From: Bacteroidaceae bacterium
Lineage (GTDB): Bacteria; Bacteroidota; Bacteroidia; Bacteroidales; Bacteroidaceae
Direction of reading: 5' to 3'
DNA: 64,000 nt
NCBI GenBank assembly: GCA_016302965.1
Contig: JAEDMP010000002.1
Location: 5,358-69,357, forward strand
The translations under genes were made by a program, and so were the position numbers. Shown piece by piece: positions 55,946 to 64,000 of the stretch (its first letter is position 1; each line of letters begins with the position of its first letter). The notes under the pieces were generated by a model. The model had not been told where the DNA came from and did no database searches. It saw only the letters and a list, made by a program, of their open reading frames with translations.

Positions 55946-55988
55946 GTGGGAAAAAGTGGGGAAAAGTGGGGGAAATGTTGTAACTTTG
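55946..55988 (+). promoter_or_regulatory. MraZ-binding direct repeats plus the dcw -7 element
   Basis: GTGGG at 55946, 55956 and 55966 (10-bp period), then TAACTTTG at 55981-55988. Confidence 0.8.
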
Positions 55989-56017
55989 TAGCGGAATCTT
56001 TTTAAAAAGAGGTATTC

Positions 56018-56461
56018 ATGCGTTTTTTAGGGAATATAGAAGCCAAAATCGACGTCAAGGGACGTGTCTTCTTCCCCGCCTTGTTCCGTAAGGAATTGCA
56101 GAAGGCTGGAGAGGAACGCATGGTCATGCGCAAGGATGTCTTCCAATCCTGTCTGGTGCTTTATCCGGAAAGCGTGTGGAATGAGCAGCTCGACCACTTG
56201 CGTGCCCGGCTCAGCAGGTGGAATGCCCGATCGCAGATGGTCTACCGGCAGTTTGTTGCTGACGTAGAATTGGTGACGCTCGACGGTAATGGCCGTTTCC
56301 TGATTCCCAAACGCTACGTGCAGATGGCCGACCTCCACCAAGAGGTGAAATTCATAGGTATGGGAGATACCATCGAGCTTTGGGGGAAAGAGCAGGCAGA
56401 AGGTTCCTTCATGGAAGCGGAAGATTTCCAGCAAGCATTGGAACAGCTGATGGAAGAATAA
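56018..56461 (+). CDS. mraZ: Division/cell wall cluster transcriptional repressor MraZ
   Basis: Two DxxGR motifs (IDVKGRV, LDGNGRFLIP), IGMGDTIELW. Confidence 0.95.
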   Translation: MRFLGNIEAKIDVKGRVFFPALFRKELQKAGEERMVMRKDVFQSCLVLYPESVWNEQLDHLRARLSRWNARSQMVYRQFVADVELVTLDGNGRFLIPKRYVQMADLHQEVKFIGMGDTIELWGKEQAEGSFMEAEDFQQALEQLMEE

Positions 56462-56480
56462 TCATAGCATACCATATTTG

Positions 56481-56526
56481 GCACATTATTCATAGCACAT
56501 TATTCATAGCAAATTATTCATAGCAA
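56481..56526. repeat. 14-bp tandem repeat, 3 copies, between mraZ and rsmH
   Basis: GCACATTATTCATA x2, GCAAATTATTCATA, GCAA. Confidence 0.85.
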
Positions 56527-56545
56527 TCAATACGCATAGCACCAA

Positions 56546-57499
56546 ATGATACGTGACGAGAAAATATTGACAGCAGACGGCTATCACGTGCCAGTCTTGC
56601 TGGGAGAGAGTGTCGACGGCCTGGCCATCAAACCCGACGGCGTATATGTGGATGTGACCTTCGGAGGCGGAGGCCACAGCCGCGAGATACTCAGCCGACT
56701 GGGGCCGGAGGGACGGCTCTACAGTTTCGACCAGGATGCTGATGCCCGTGACAATGCCGTCACCGGTGATAGCCGTTTCCATTTTGTGCGCAGCAATTTC
56801 CGCTATCTGAAAAACTGGATGCGCTATTATGGCGAAGACCATATCGACGGATTGCTTGCCGACCTCGGAGTGTCGAGCCATCACTTCGATGACGGACAGC
56901 GGGGGTTCTCCTTCCGCTTTGACGCTCCGCTCGATATGCGCATGAACCAGCAGGCCCTGGTGAGTGCAGCCGATGTGGTGAACGGTTACGAAGAGCAGAA
57001 GCTCGCAGACGTGTTCTATCTCTATGGCGAGATGAAAAATGCCCGCAAGATTGCCGCAGCCATCGTCAAGGCCCGTAGTGCCAAGGCCATCGTCACAACC
57101 GCCGACCTGATGGCCGCCATGGCAAGCGTGATTGGCAAGGAAAAGGAGAAGAAAGACCTGGCACGACTCTTCCAGGCGCTCCGCATCGAGGTGAACCATG
57201 AGATGGATGCCCTCAGAGAGATGCTCCTGGCCGCTACCGAATGTCTGGCTCCCGGCGGCCGCCTTTCGGTCATTACCTACCACTCGCTCGAAGACCGCAT
57301 GGTGAAGAATGTGATGAAAGCTGGCAATGTGGAGGGAATGCTGAAACAAGACTTCTTCGGGCGGGTGCAGACTCCCTATCGGTTGGTCAACAACAAGGTG
57401 ATTGTGCCTGCTGATGACGAACAGGCCAGCAACCCCCGCAGCAGAAGTGCCAAACTCAGAGTGGCTGAAAAGAAAGATACAATGGTTACCCATGACTGA
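56546..57499 (+). CDS. rsmH: 16S rRNA m4C1402 methyltransferase
   Basis: HVPVLL, DVTFGGGGHS, DLGVSS, PLDMRM, FQALRIEVN, YHSLEDR, NPRSRSAKLR. Confidence 0.97.
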   Translation: MIRDEKILTADGYHVPVLLGESVDGLAIKPDGVYVDVTFGGGGHSREILSRLGPEGRLYSFDQDADARDNAVTGDSRFHFVRSNFRYLKNWMRYYGEDHIDGLLADLGVSSHHFDDGQRGFSFRFDAPLDMRMNQQALVSAADVVNGYEEQKLADVFYLYGEMKNARKIAAAIVKARSAKAIVTTADLMAAMASVIGKEKEKKDLARLFQALRIEVNHEMDALREMLLAATECLAPGGRLSVITYHSLEDRMVKNVMKAGNVEGMLKQDFFGRVQTPYRLVNNKVIVPADDEQASNPRSRSAKLRVAEKKDTMVTHD

Positions 57500-57533
57500 T
57501 GGTTTCCATAGACAAAAAGACAAAGACAGCAAG

Positions 57534-57980
57534 ATGAAAGACAAACAACAAGAACAGATTGCCGCTGCGCAGGCATCGGCAACCGAACAGAAGATAGAAG
57601 AAACCATTGAGATAATCAGGGCCAGCGTGACCGAGGAGGAATCCCGGCCTGCAGCCACGCTCACCCTGAAGAAGGTGATTGGCGGTGACATCCTCACGGC
57701 GGCGATGGTCAGGAGCCAGCTCTGGCTCTTCGTGCTCATCGTTGGTTTTACGATTGTCTATGTGGCGTTCCGCTACCAGTGCCAGCAGGATATGATTCTC
57801 ATCGACAAACTCGAAAAGAAACTGAAAGATGCCAAATACAGGGCATTGGCCAGTTCGAGCGAGTTGACCGAGCGTTGCAGGGAGAGTCATGTGCTTGAAC
57901 TGCTGAAAACCAACAAGGACAGTACCATCCAGGTGGCTGACCAGCCCCCCTATATCATCAAGATTGACGGCAAACGATGA
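57534..57980 (+). CDS. ftsL: FtsL-like cell division protein (start may be 57492)
   Basis: Single TM followed by a coiled coil; lies between rsmH and ftsI. Confidence 0.75.
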   Translation: MKDKQQEQIAAAQASATEQKIEETIEIIRASVTEEESRPAATLTLKKVIGGDILTAAMVRSQLWLFVLIVGFTIVYVAFRYQCQQDMILIDKLEKKLKDAKYRALASSSELTERCRESHVLELLKTNKDSTIQVADQPPYIIKIDGKR

Positions 57981-58034
57981 GCAACGGAGAGAAAAGGAAG
58001 TTGACAAAAAACATGTATACCAGAAGCGACAATC

Positions 58035-60188
58035 ATGAGCAAGTTTGACAGCAAGAACGTCATGCCACGCTATTTTGCCATAGCGGTGGTCTTTACCATC
58101 CTCGGCTGTGCCGTCATCGGCAAGGCTCTCTATATCATGTCGGCCAAAAAGAGCTACTGGATGGAGGTGGCTGCCCGTCAGAAGCGTGACAGTGTCTGTG
58201 TCATGCCCAACCGTGGCAACATACTCAGTTGCGACGGACAGCTGATGGCCAGCAGCATACCCGAATATAAGATCTATATGGACTTCCAAGCCGGAGGGGC
58301 CAAGAAAGATACGATGTGGATGGACAGTGTAGACCTCATCTGCGAGGGGCTCCACCGCATCTTCCCCACCAAGAGTGTGGAGCAGTTCAAGGAAGACCTG
58401 GAGAAGGGACACAAGAAGATGTCGCGCAACTGGGCCATCTGGAACAAACGCATCGACTATAACACCTTTGTCGAGGTGAAGAAACTGCCCATCTTCAGGC
58501 AGTCCCAATACAAGGGCGGCTTCTACTACACCGAGTTCAACGCCCGCAGGCGTCCCTTCGGCTCACTGGCCCAGCGCACGGTGGGCGACCTGTTCGGTGC
58601 CAAGGACTCCGCCCGCTGCGGTCTGGAACTCTCCTACGACAGCATCCTCAGAGGCACCACCGGTCTGACCCACCGCCGCAAGGTGCTCAACAAATACATG
58701 AACATCCTCATCGCCCCGCCCGTGGATGGTGCCGACATAGTGACCACCATCGATGTCTACATGCAGGACCTGGCTGAAAAAGCCGTCGTCGATGAGCTCA
58801 AGGAAATCAACGGCGAGCTGGGCGTGGCGGTGCTCATGGAGGTGAAGACCGGCGACATCAAGGCCATCGTCAACATGACCCGATGTGCTGACGGCCAATA
58901 CCGGGAGGTGAAGAACAATGCCGTTTCCGATTTGCGTGAGCCCGGCTCGGTGTTCAAGACCGCCTCTATCCTGGTGGCACTCGACGATGGGGTGGTGGAC
59001 ACCACCTATCGCGTGGACACCGGCTCCGGTGTCTGGCCGATGCACGGACGCGAGATGAAAGACCACAACTGGCGCCGTGGCGGCTATCAGGTCATTTCGC
59101 TGCCGCGGAGCCTCGAGGTGAGTTCGAACATCGGTGTCAGCCGCATCATCGACGAGCATTACGGCAATCATCCCGAAAAGTTTGTCGAGGGCATCTACCG
59201 CACCGGCCTGGCCAGCGACCTGCATCTGCCCTTTGTCGGCTCCACCAAGCCACGCATCCGTATGCCGGAGAAGAACAGCCGCGGACAGTACCTCAACTGG
59301 AGCAAGACGGCCCTGGCCTGGATGAGCATCGGCTATGAGACCCAGATACCGCCCATCAGTACCGTCACCTTCTATAACGCCATTGCCAACGATGGCATCA
59401 TGATGCGCCCCCGCTTTGTGAAGGAGATACAGAAGAATGGGGAGACGATAGTAGAGTTCCCGCCCGAGAAGGTGATGGAACGGCGGATTGCCAAGCTCAG
59501 TACGGTGAAGACCATGCAGACCATCCTCGAGCATGTGGTGAGCCAGGGACTGGGCAAGAAGGCCGGTTCCAAACTCTTCAAGGTGGCCGGCAAGACCGGT
59601 ACGGCGCAGATCGCCGAGGATGGGGCAGGTTATCACAGCGGTACGATGAAATACTGGCTCAGTTTTGCAGGCTTCTTCCCCGCCGATAACCCTCGCTACA
59701 GTTGCATCGTCTGTCTGAAGAAGTCGGGACTGCCCGCATCGGGAGGCGGCATGAGCGGCGTGGTGTTCCATGAGATAGCCGAGGGTGTGATGGCACGACT
59801 GCTGAAGTTTGATGTGGCCGATGCCCAGGACACCACCTCGATCCTGGTGCCCGACGTGAAGAACGGCAATATCCTGGCTGCCGACTATGTGCTCTCCCAG
59901 TTGGGTGTGAAGACCAACCAGAACTGGACGGGCAGCTATGCCACCGGCAATCCCATCTGGGGAACCACCGACCGCAGACCCCAACAGGTGGCACTTACCA
60001 CGATGACCGTAAACAACCATACCGTGCCCGATGTGCGAGGCATGGGCGCACGCGATGCGGTGTACCTGCTCGAACAATCCGGACTGAAGGTGCAAATCAA
60101 GGGATGCGGCAAGGTGGTCAAGCAGAGTGCCGTGCCCGGTACGGTACCCCACAAAGGCTCGCTGTGTGAAATCATTTTGGAAAACTAA
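58035..60188 (+). CDS. ftsI: Class B penicillin-binding protein (FtsI/PBP3) with C-terminal PASTA domain
   Basis: RGNI, EPGSVFK (SxxK), [22 protein letters not shown]. Confidence 0.92.
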   Translation: MSKFDSKNVMPRYFAIAVVFTILGCAVIGKALYIMSAKKSYWMEVAARQKRDSVCVMPNRGNILSCDGQLMASSIPEYKIYMDFQAGGAKKDTMWMDSVDLICEGLHRIFPTKSVEQFKEDLEKGHKKMSRNWAIWNKRIDYNTFVEVKKLPIFRQSQYKGGFYYTEFNARRRPFGSLAQRTVGDLFGAKDSARCGLELSYDSILRGTTGLTHRRKVLNKYMNILIAPPVDGADIVTTIDVYMQDLAEKAVVDELKEINGELGVAVLMEVKTGDIKAIVNMTRCADGQYREVKNNAVSDLREPGSVFKTASILVALDDGVVDTTYRVDTGSGVWPMHGREMKDHNWRRGGYQVISLPRSLEVSSNIGVSRIIDEHYGNHPEKFVEGIYRTGLASDLHLPFVGSTKPRIRMPEKNSRGQYLNWSKTALAWMSIGYETQIPPISTVTFYNAIANDGIMMRPRFVKEIQKNGETIVEFPPEKVMERRIAKLSTVKTMQTILEHVVSQGLGKKAGSKLFKVAGKTGTAQIAEDGAGYHSGTMKYWLSFAGFFPADNPRYSCIVCLKKSGLPASGGGMSGVVFHEIAEGVMARLLKFDVADAQDTTSILVPDVKNGNILAADYVLSQLGVKTNQNWTGSYATGNPIWGTTDRRPQQVALTTMTVNNHTVPDVRGMGARDAVYLLEQSGLKVQIKGCGKVVKQSAVPGTVPHKGSLCEIILEN

Positions 60189-60202
60189 CAAACAGATATA
60201 TT

Positions 60203-61651
60203 ATGAAACTGATTGAGTTACTCAATGATGTGAAGACCATCCTCGTTGAAGGGGATGTCGAAATGGAGGTAAAGGGTGTGGAGATAGACTCCCGCCAAGT
60301 GAAAGACGACTACCTCTTTGTGGCCATTCGTGGCACACAAGCCGATGGTCATCAATATATCGACAAGGCTGTGGCGCAGGGCGCCAAGGCTGTACTCTGC
60401 GAGCAGATGCCCGACCGGAAGGACGAGGGCGTGTGCTATGTGCAGGTAGCATCCACCGAGGAAGCCGTGGGGCCGGTGGCTACTGCCTTCTATGGCAAAC
60501 CGTCCGAACAACTGCAACTGGTGGGTGTCACGGGAACGAACGGCAAGACCACCATCGCCACCTTATTATATAATATGTTCCGCGCGATGGGGCACAAGTG
60601 CGGCCTGCTCTCCACCGTCTGCAACTATATCGACGGCGAGGCCATTCCCGCTGACCATACCACTCCCGGCCCCATTGAACTCAACCGCCTGCTGGCCCAA
60701 ATGGTGGAGAAGGGCTGCGAATATGCCTTTATGGAGTGTTCCAGCCATGCCATCGCCCAGAAGCGCATCGGCGGACTGCAGTTTGCAGGAGGCATCTTCA
60801 CCAACCTCACCCGCGACCATCTCGACTATCACAAGACCTTCGAGAACTATCGTGATGCCAAGAAGGCCTTTTTCGACCTGCTGCCCAAGAAAGCCTTTGC
60901 CATCACCAATGCCGACGACAAGAACGGGATGGTGATGGTGCAGAACACCAAGGCCACCGTCAAGACCTACTCCACCCGGAGCATGGCCGACTTCAAGGGC
61001 AAGATTATCGAGTGCCATTTCGAAGGCATGTATCTCGAGATTGACGGCCGTGAGGTAGGTGTGCAGTTCATCGGCAAGTTCAATGTCAGCAACCTGCTCG
61101 CCGTCTATGGGGCTGCCGTGATGCTGGGCAAGAAACCCGAGGATGTGCTGGTGGTGCTCAGCACGCTGAAGAGCGTCAGCGGACGTCTCGAGCCCATCCG
61201 CTCGCCCCAGGGCTTCACCGCCATCGTCGACTATGCCCACACCCCCGATGCCTTGGAGAATGTGCTCAATGCCATCCATGAGGTGCTCGACGGCAAGGGC
61301 CAGGTCATCACCGTCTGTGGCGCAGGCGGCAACCGCGACAAGGGCAAGCGTCCGCTGATGGCCCAGGAGGCTGTGCGCCAGAGCGACCGCGTGATCATCA
61401 CCAGCGACAACCCCCGCTTCGAGGAGCCGCAGGACATCATCAACGACATGCTGGCCGGACTCAATGCCCAGCAGATGAAGAAGGTGGTGAGCATCGTCGA
61501 CCGCCGCGAAGCCATCCGTACAGCCTGTCTGCTGGCTCGGAAGGGCGATGTAATCCTGATTGCCGGCAAGGGTCATGAGGACTACCAGGAGGTGAAGGGT
61601 GTGAAGCACCATTTCGATGACAAGGAAGTAGTGAGAGCGTGTTTTGAATAA
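60203..61651 (+). CDS. murE: UDP-MurNAc-L-Ala-D-Glu--meso-diaminopimelate ligase
   Basis: [32 protein letters not shown] (mDAP specificity), AGKGHE. Confidence 0.97.
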   Translation: MKLIELLNDVKTILVEGDVEMEVKGVEIDSRQVKDDYLFVAIRGTQADGHQYIDKAVAQGAKAVLCEQMPDRKDEGVCYVQVASTEEAVGPVATAFYGKPSEQLQLVGVTGTNGKTTIATLLYNMFRAMGHKCGLLSTVCNYIDGEAIPADHTTPGPIELNRLLAQMVEKGCEYAFMECSSHAIAQKRIGGLQFAGGIFTNLTRDHLDYHKTFENYRDAKKAFFDLLPKKAFAITNADDKNGMVMVQNTKATVKTYSTRSMADFKGKIIECHFEGMYLEIDGREVGVQFIGKFNVSNLLAVYGAAVMLGKKPEDVLVVLSTLKSVSGRLEPIRSPQGFTAIVDYAHTPDALENVLNAIHEVLDGKGQVITVCGAGGNRDKGKRPLMAQEAVRQSDRVIITSDNPRFEEPQDIINDMLAGLNAQQMKKVVSIVDRREAIRTACLLARKGDVILIAGKGHEDYQEVKGVKHHFDDKEVVRACFE

Positions 61652-61676
61652 TCAGAGACCATAGTCATCCAGCATT

Positions 61677-62951
61677 ATGTTATATTATCTTTTCAGATTT
61701 CTCGACCAGTATGATATCCCCGGTTCACATATCTGGGCCTATATCTCGTTCCGGTCGCTGTTGACGCTCATCCTCTCGCTGGTCATCTCGGCGTGGTTTG
61801 GAGAGAAGTTCATCAAGTATATGCACCGCCGCAATATCTCGGAGGTGCAGCGCGACGCCTCCATCGATCCCTTCGGTGTGGAGAAGAAGGGCGTGCCCAC
61901 CATGGGCGGCATCATCATCATCATGGCCATCCTGGTGCCCGTGCTGCTCTTGGGCAGAATGCGCAACATCTACCTCATCCTCATGATTGCCACTACCCTG
62001 TGGTTGGGCTTCCTCGGTTTTATGGACGACTACATCAAGATTTTCCGCAGAAACAAGGAGGGACTGAAGGGCAAGTACAAGATTGTGGGCCAGGTGAGCA
62101 TCGGCCTGATTGTGGGCTTGGTGCTCTATTTCAGTCCCGATGCGGTGATGCGGGAGAATGTGTCGCTGCAGAAGACCCCGGGGCAGGAAGTGGTGGTGAA
62201 ACACAAGAGTGAGGCGGTGAAGAGCCTGAAGACCACCATCCCCTTCCTCAAGAACCACAACCTCGACTATCAGCAACTCACCTCCTGCTTCGGCAAATAC
62301 CAGCAGGCAGCTGGTTGGATTCTCTTCGTGCTGATGACCATCCTCGTGGTGACCGCTGTCTCCAACGGAGCCAACCTTAACGACGGTATGGATGGCATGT
62401 GTGCCGGCAACTCCGCCATCATCGGTGTGGCGCTGGGCATACTGGCGTATGTGTCGAGCCATATCGAGTATGCGGCCTATCTGAACATCATGTATATTCC
62501 GGGCAGTGAGGAACTGGTGGTGTTCATCTGTGCCTTCGTGGGTGCCCTCATCGGATTCCTCTGGTACAATGCCTATCCCGCCCAGGTGTTCATGGGCGAT
62601 ACGGGATCGCTGACCATCGGCGGCATCATCGCCGTGTGTGCCATCATCATCCACAAGGAACTGCTGCTGCCCATCCTCTGCGGCATCTTCTTTGTGGAGA
62701 GCCTGAGTGTGATCATCCAGACCCAGTGGTTCAAACTGCAGAAACGTCGCGGCAAGCGGGTGCGCGTGTTCCGTGCCACCCCCATCCACGACAACTTCCG
62801 CAAACTCGACTCCCAACTCGATGCCACCAGCACCTATATCCTTAAGGGATGGCCCCATCGTCCCTTCCATGAGTCGAAGATTACCGTCCGTTTCTGGATT
62901 ACGACCATCATCCTGGCGGCCATCACCATCATTACCCTGAAAATCAGATAA
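61677..62951 (+). CDS. mraY: Phospho-N-acetylmuramoyl-pentapeptide transferase
   Basis: KKGVPTMGG, GFMDDYIK, NGANLNDGMDG, AQVFMGDTGSL. Confidence 0.96.
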   Translation: MLYYLFRFLDQYDIPGSHIWAYISFRSLLTLILSLVISAWFGEKFIKYMHRRNISEVQRDASIDPFGVEKKGVPTMGGIIIIMAILVPVLLLGRMRNIYLILMIATTLWLGFLGFMDDYIKIFRRNKEGLKGKYKIVGQVSIGLIVGLVLYFSPDAVMRENVSLQKTPGQEVVVKHKSEAVKSLKTTIPFLKNHNLDYQQLTSCFGKYQQAAGWILFVLMTILVVTAVSNGANLNDGMDGMCAGNSAIIGVALGILAYVSSHIEYAAYLNIMYIPGSEELVVFICAFVGALIGFLWYNAYPAQVFMGDTGSLTIGGIIAVCAIIIHKELLLPILCGIFFVESLSVIIQTQWFKLQKRRGKRVRVFRATPIHDNFRKLDSQLDATSTYILKGWPHRPFHESKITVRFWITTIILAAITIITLKIR

Positions 62952-62986
62952 CCCCCATCAGATTGCTAATCAGTTTACAAGAAACC

Positions 62987-64000
62987 ATGCAACAGAAAAG
63001 AATCGTCATATTGGGAGCCGGCGAGAGTGGTGCCGGCGCCGCTGTGCTGGCCCGCAAGGAGGGCTTCGATGTGTTTGTGTCAGACCTCTCGAAAATCAGC
63101 GACAAATACAAACAACTGCTCAACTCCCACCAGATAGAGTGGGAGGAAGGACAGCATACCGAGGAGAAGATACTCTCGGCCGACGAGGTCATCAAGAGCC
63201 CCGGCATACCCGACGCTGCCCCGATGATTGTAAAAATCAAGGAACGTGCCATCCCCATCATCAGCGAGATTGAGTTTGCCGCGCGCTACACCCACTCGAA
63301 GATGGTATGCATCACCGGCAGCAACGGCAAGACCACGACCACCTCGCTCATCTATCATCTCTTCAAGAAGGCTGGACTCGATGTGGGACTGGCCGGCAAT
63401 ATCGGCAACTCGTTGGCCCTGCAGGTGGCTGAAGAGCCCCATGCCTGCTATGTCATCGAACTGAGCTCCTTCCAACTCGACAACATGTATGAGTTCAAGG
63501 CCGATGTGGCAGTGCTGCTCAACATCACCCCCGACCATCTCGACCGTTACGACAACTGCATGCAGAACTATGTGGATTCCAAACTCCGCATCCTGCAGAA
63601 CCAGACCGCCTCGGATGTCTTCATCTATTGGAATGACGACCCTATCATCCGTCGGGAACTGGGCAAATATGCGGTCAGTGCCCACTGCTGCCCCTTCAGC
63701 GACAAGCAGGAAGCGGGATGCGAGGGCTATCTCGCCGACGGACAGTATGTGCTGGAGTGGCCCTCACGCATGGTCATGCCCCAGGAGCAACTCGGACTTT
63801 CGGGCCGTCACAATATCTACAACAGTTTGGCTGCCGGGCTCGCCGCCCATGCCATGGGCATCAGCGACGAGGTCATCCGTGAGGGACTGCACGACTTCCC
63901 CGGTGTGGAGCACCGTCTGGAAAAGGTGGCCACCGTGCGTGGTGTCCACTATGTCAACGATTCGAAGGCCACCAACGTGGATGCCTGCTACTATGCGCTG
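62987..64000 (+). CDS. murD: UDP-MurNAc-L-Ala--D-glutamate ligase, 3'-truncated by the window end (absent from the ORF track)
   Basis: MQQKRIVILGAGESG..., KSPGIP, ITGSNGKTTT, AGNIG, ELSSFQL, NITPDHLDRY, HRLE, NDSKATN. Confidence 0.95.
   Translation, partial: MQQKRIVILGAGESGAGAAVLARKEGFDVFVSDLSKISDKYKQLLNSHQIEWEEGQHTEEKILSADEVIKSPGIPDAAPMIVKIKERAIPIISEIEFAARYTHSKMVCITGSNGKTTTTSLIYHLFKKAGLDVGLAGNIGNSLALQVAEEPHACYVIELSSFQLDNMYEFKADVAVLLNITPDHLDRYDNCMQNYVDSKLRILQNQTASDVFIYWNDDPIIRRELGKYAVSAHCCPFSDKQEAGCEGYLADGQYVLEWPSRMVMPQEQLGLSGRHNIYNSLAAGLAAHAMGISDEVIREGLHDFPGVEHRLEKVATVRGVHYVNDSKATNVDACYYAL

Noticed and set aside
57977..58048. 23-codon ORF (MSNGEKRK...) overlapping the ftsL stop and the ftsI start
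   Set aside because: No coding features or motif; ftsI has its own plausible start at 58035

Overview
Core-chromosome segment of a Prevotellaceae-like Bacteroidota genome (Prevotella/Xylanibacter type). This is inferred from protein families, recurrent TAnnTTTG -7 promoter elements and Prevotella-style T9SS C-terminal domains. Left arm (1-20 kb): gpmI, ung, DUF3109, ndk, an AraC regulator divergent from a metallophosphoesterase/beta-barrel pair, a GH95 fucosidase, gyrB, rpsT, tRNA-Glu(TTC), recO, two tandem NSS transporters, VanZ, CYTH, an unannotated 48-aa membrane peptide, a prfB lacking the programmed frameshift, and an acyl-CoA synthetase. Centre (20.2-45.2 kb, minus strand): a 25-kb polysaccharide utilisation locus. 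It encodes a 1.5k-aa PL11 rhamnogalacturonan lyase with autotransporter-type beta-strand repeats and a T9SS CTD, a 981-aa uncharacterised T9SS cargo protein, three fasciclin (FAS1) lipoproteins and two SusC/SusD pairs. Right arm: yjbQ, an M20/ArgE protein, envC-DUF4292-TPR-dut, dgt, the glycine-lipid acyltransferase pair, and the start of the dcw cluster (mraZ, rsmH, ftsL, ftsI, murE, mraY, partial murD). No integrase, transposase, prophage, CRISPR array or reverse transcriptase was seen. The best candidates for undescribed biology are the T9SS-cargo/fasciclin pectin-capture module, the frameshift-less prfB whose own UGA-C stop reads in frame into the CYTH gene, and several structured or repeated intergenic elements. 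All calls come from reading the sequence; no searches were run and all counts are by hand.
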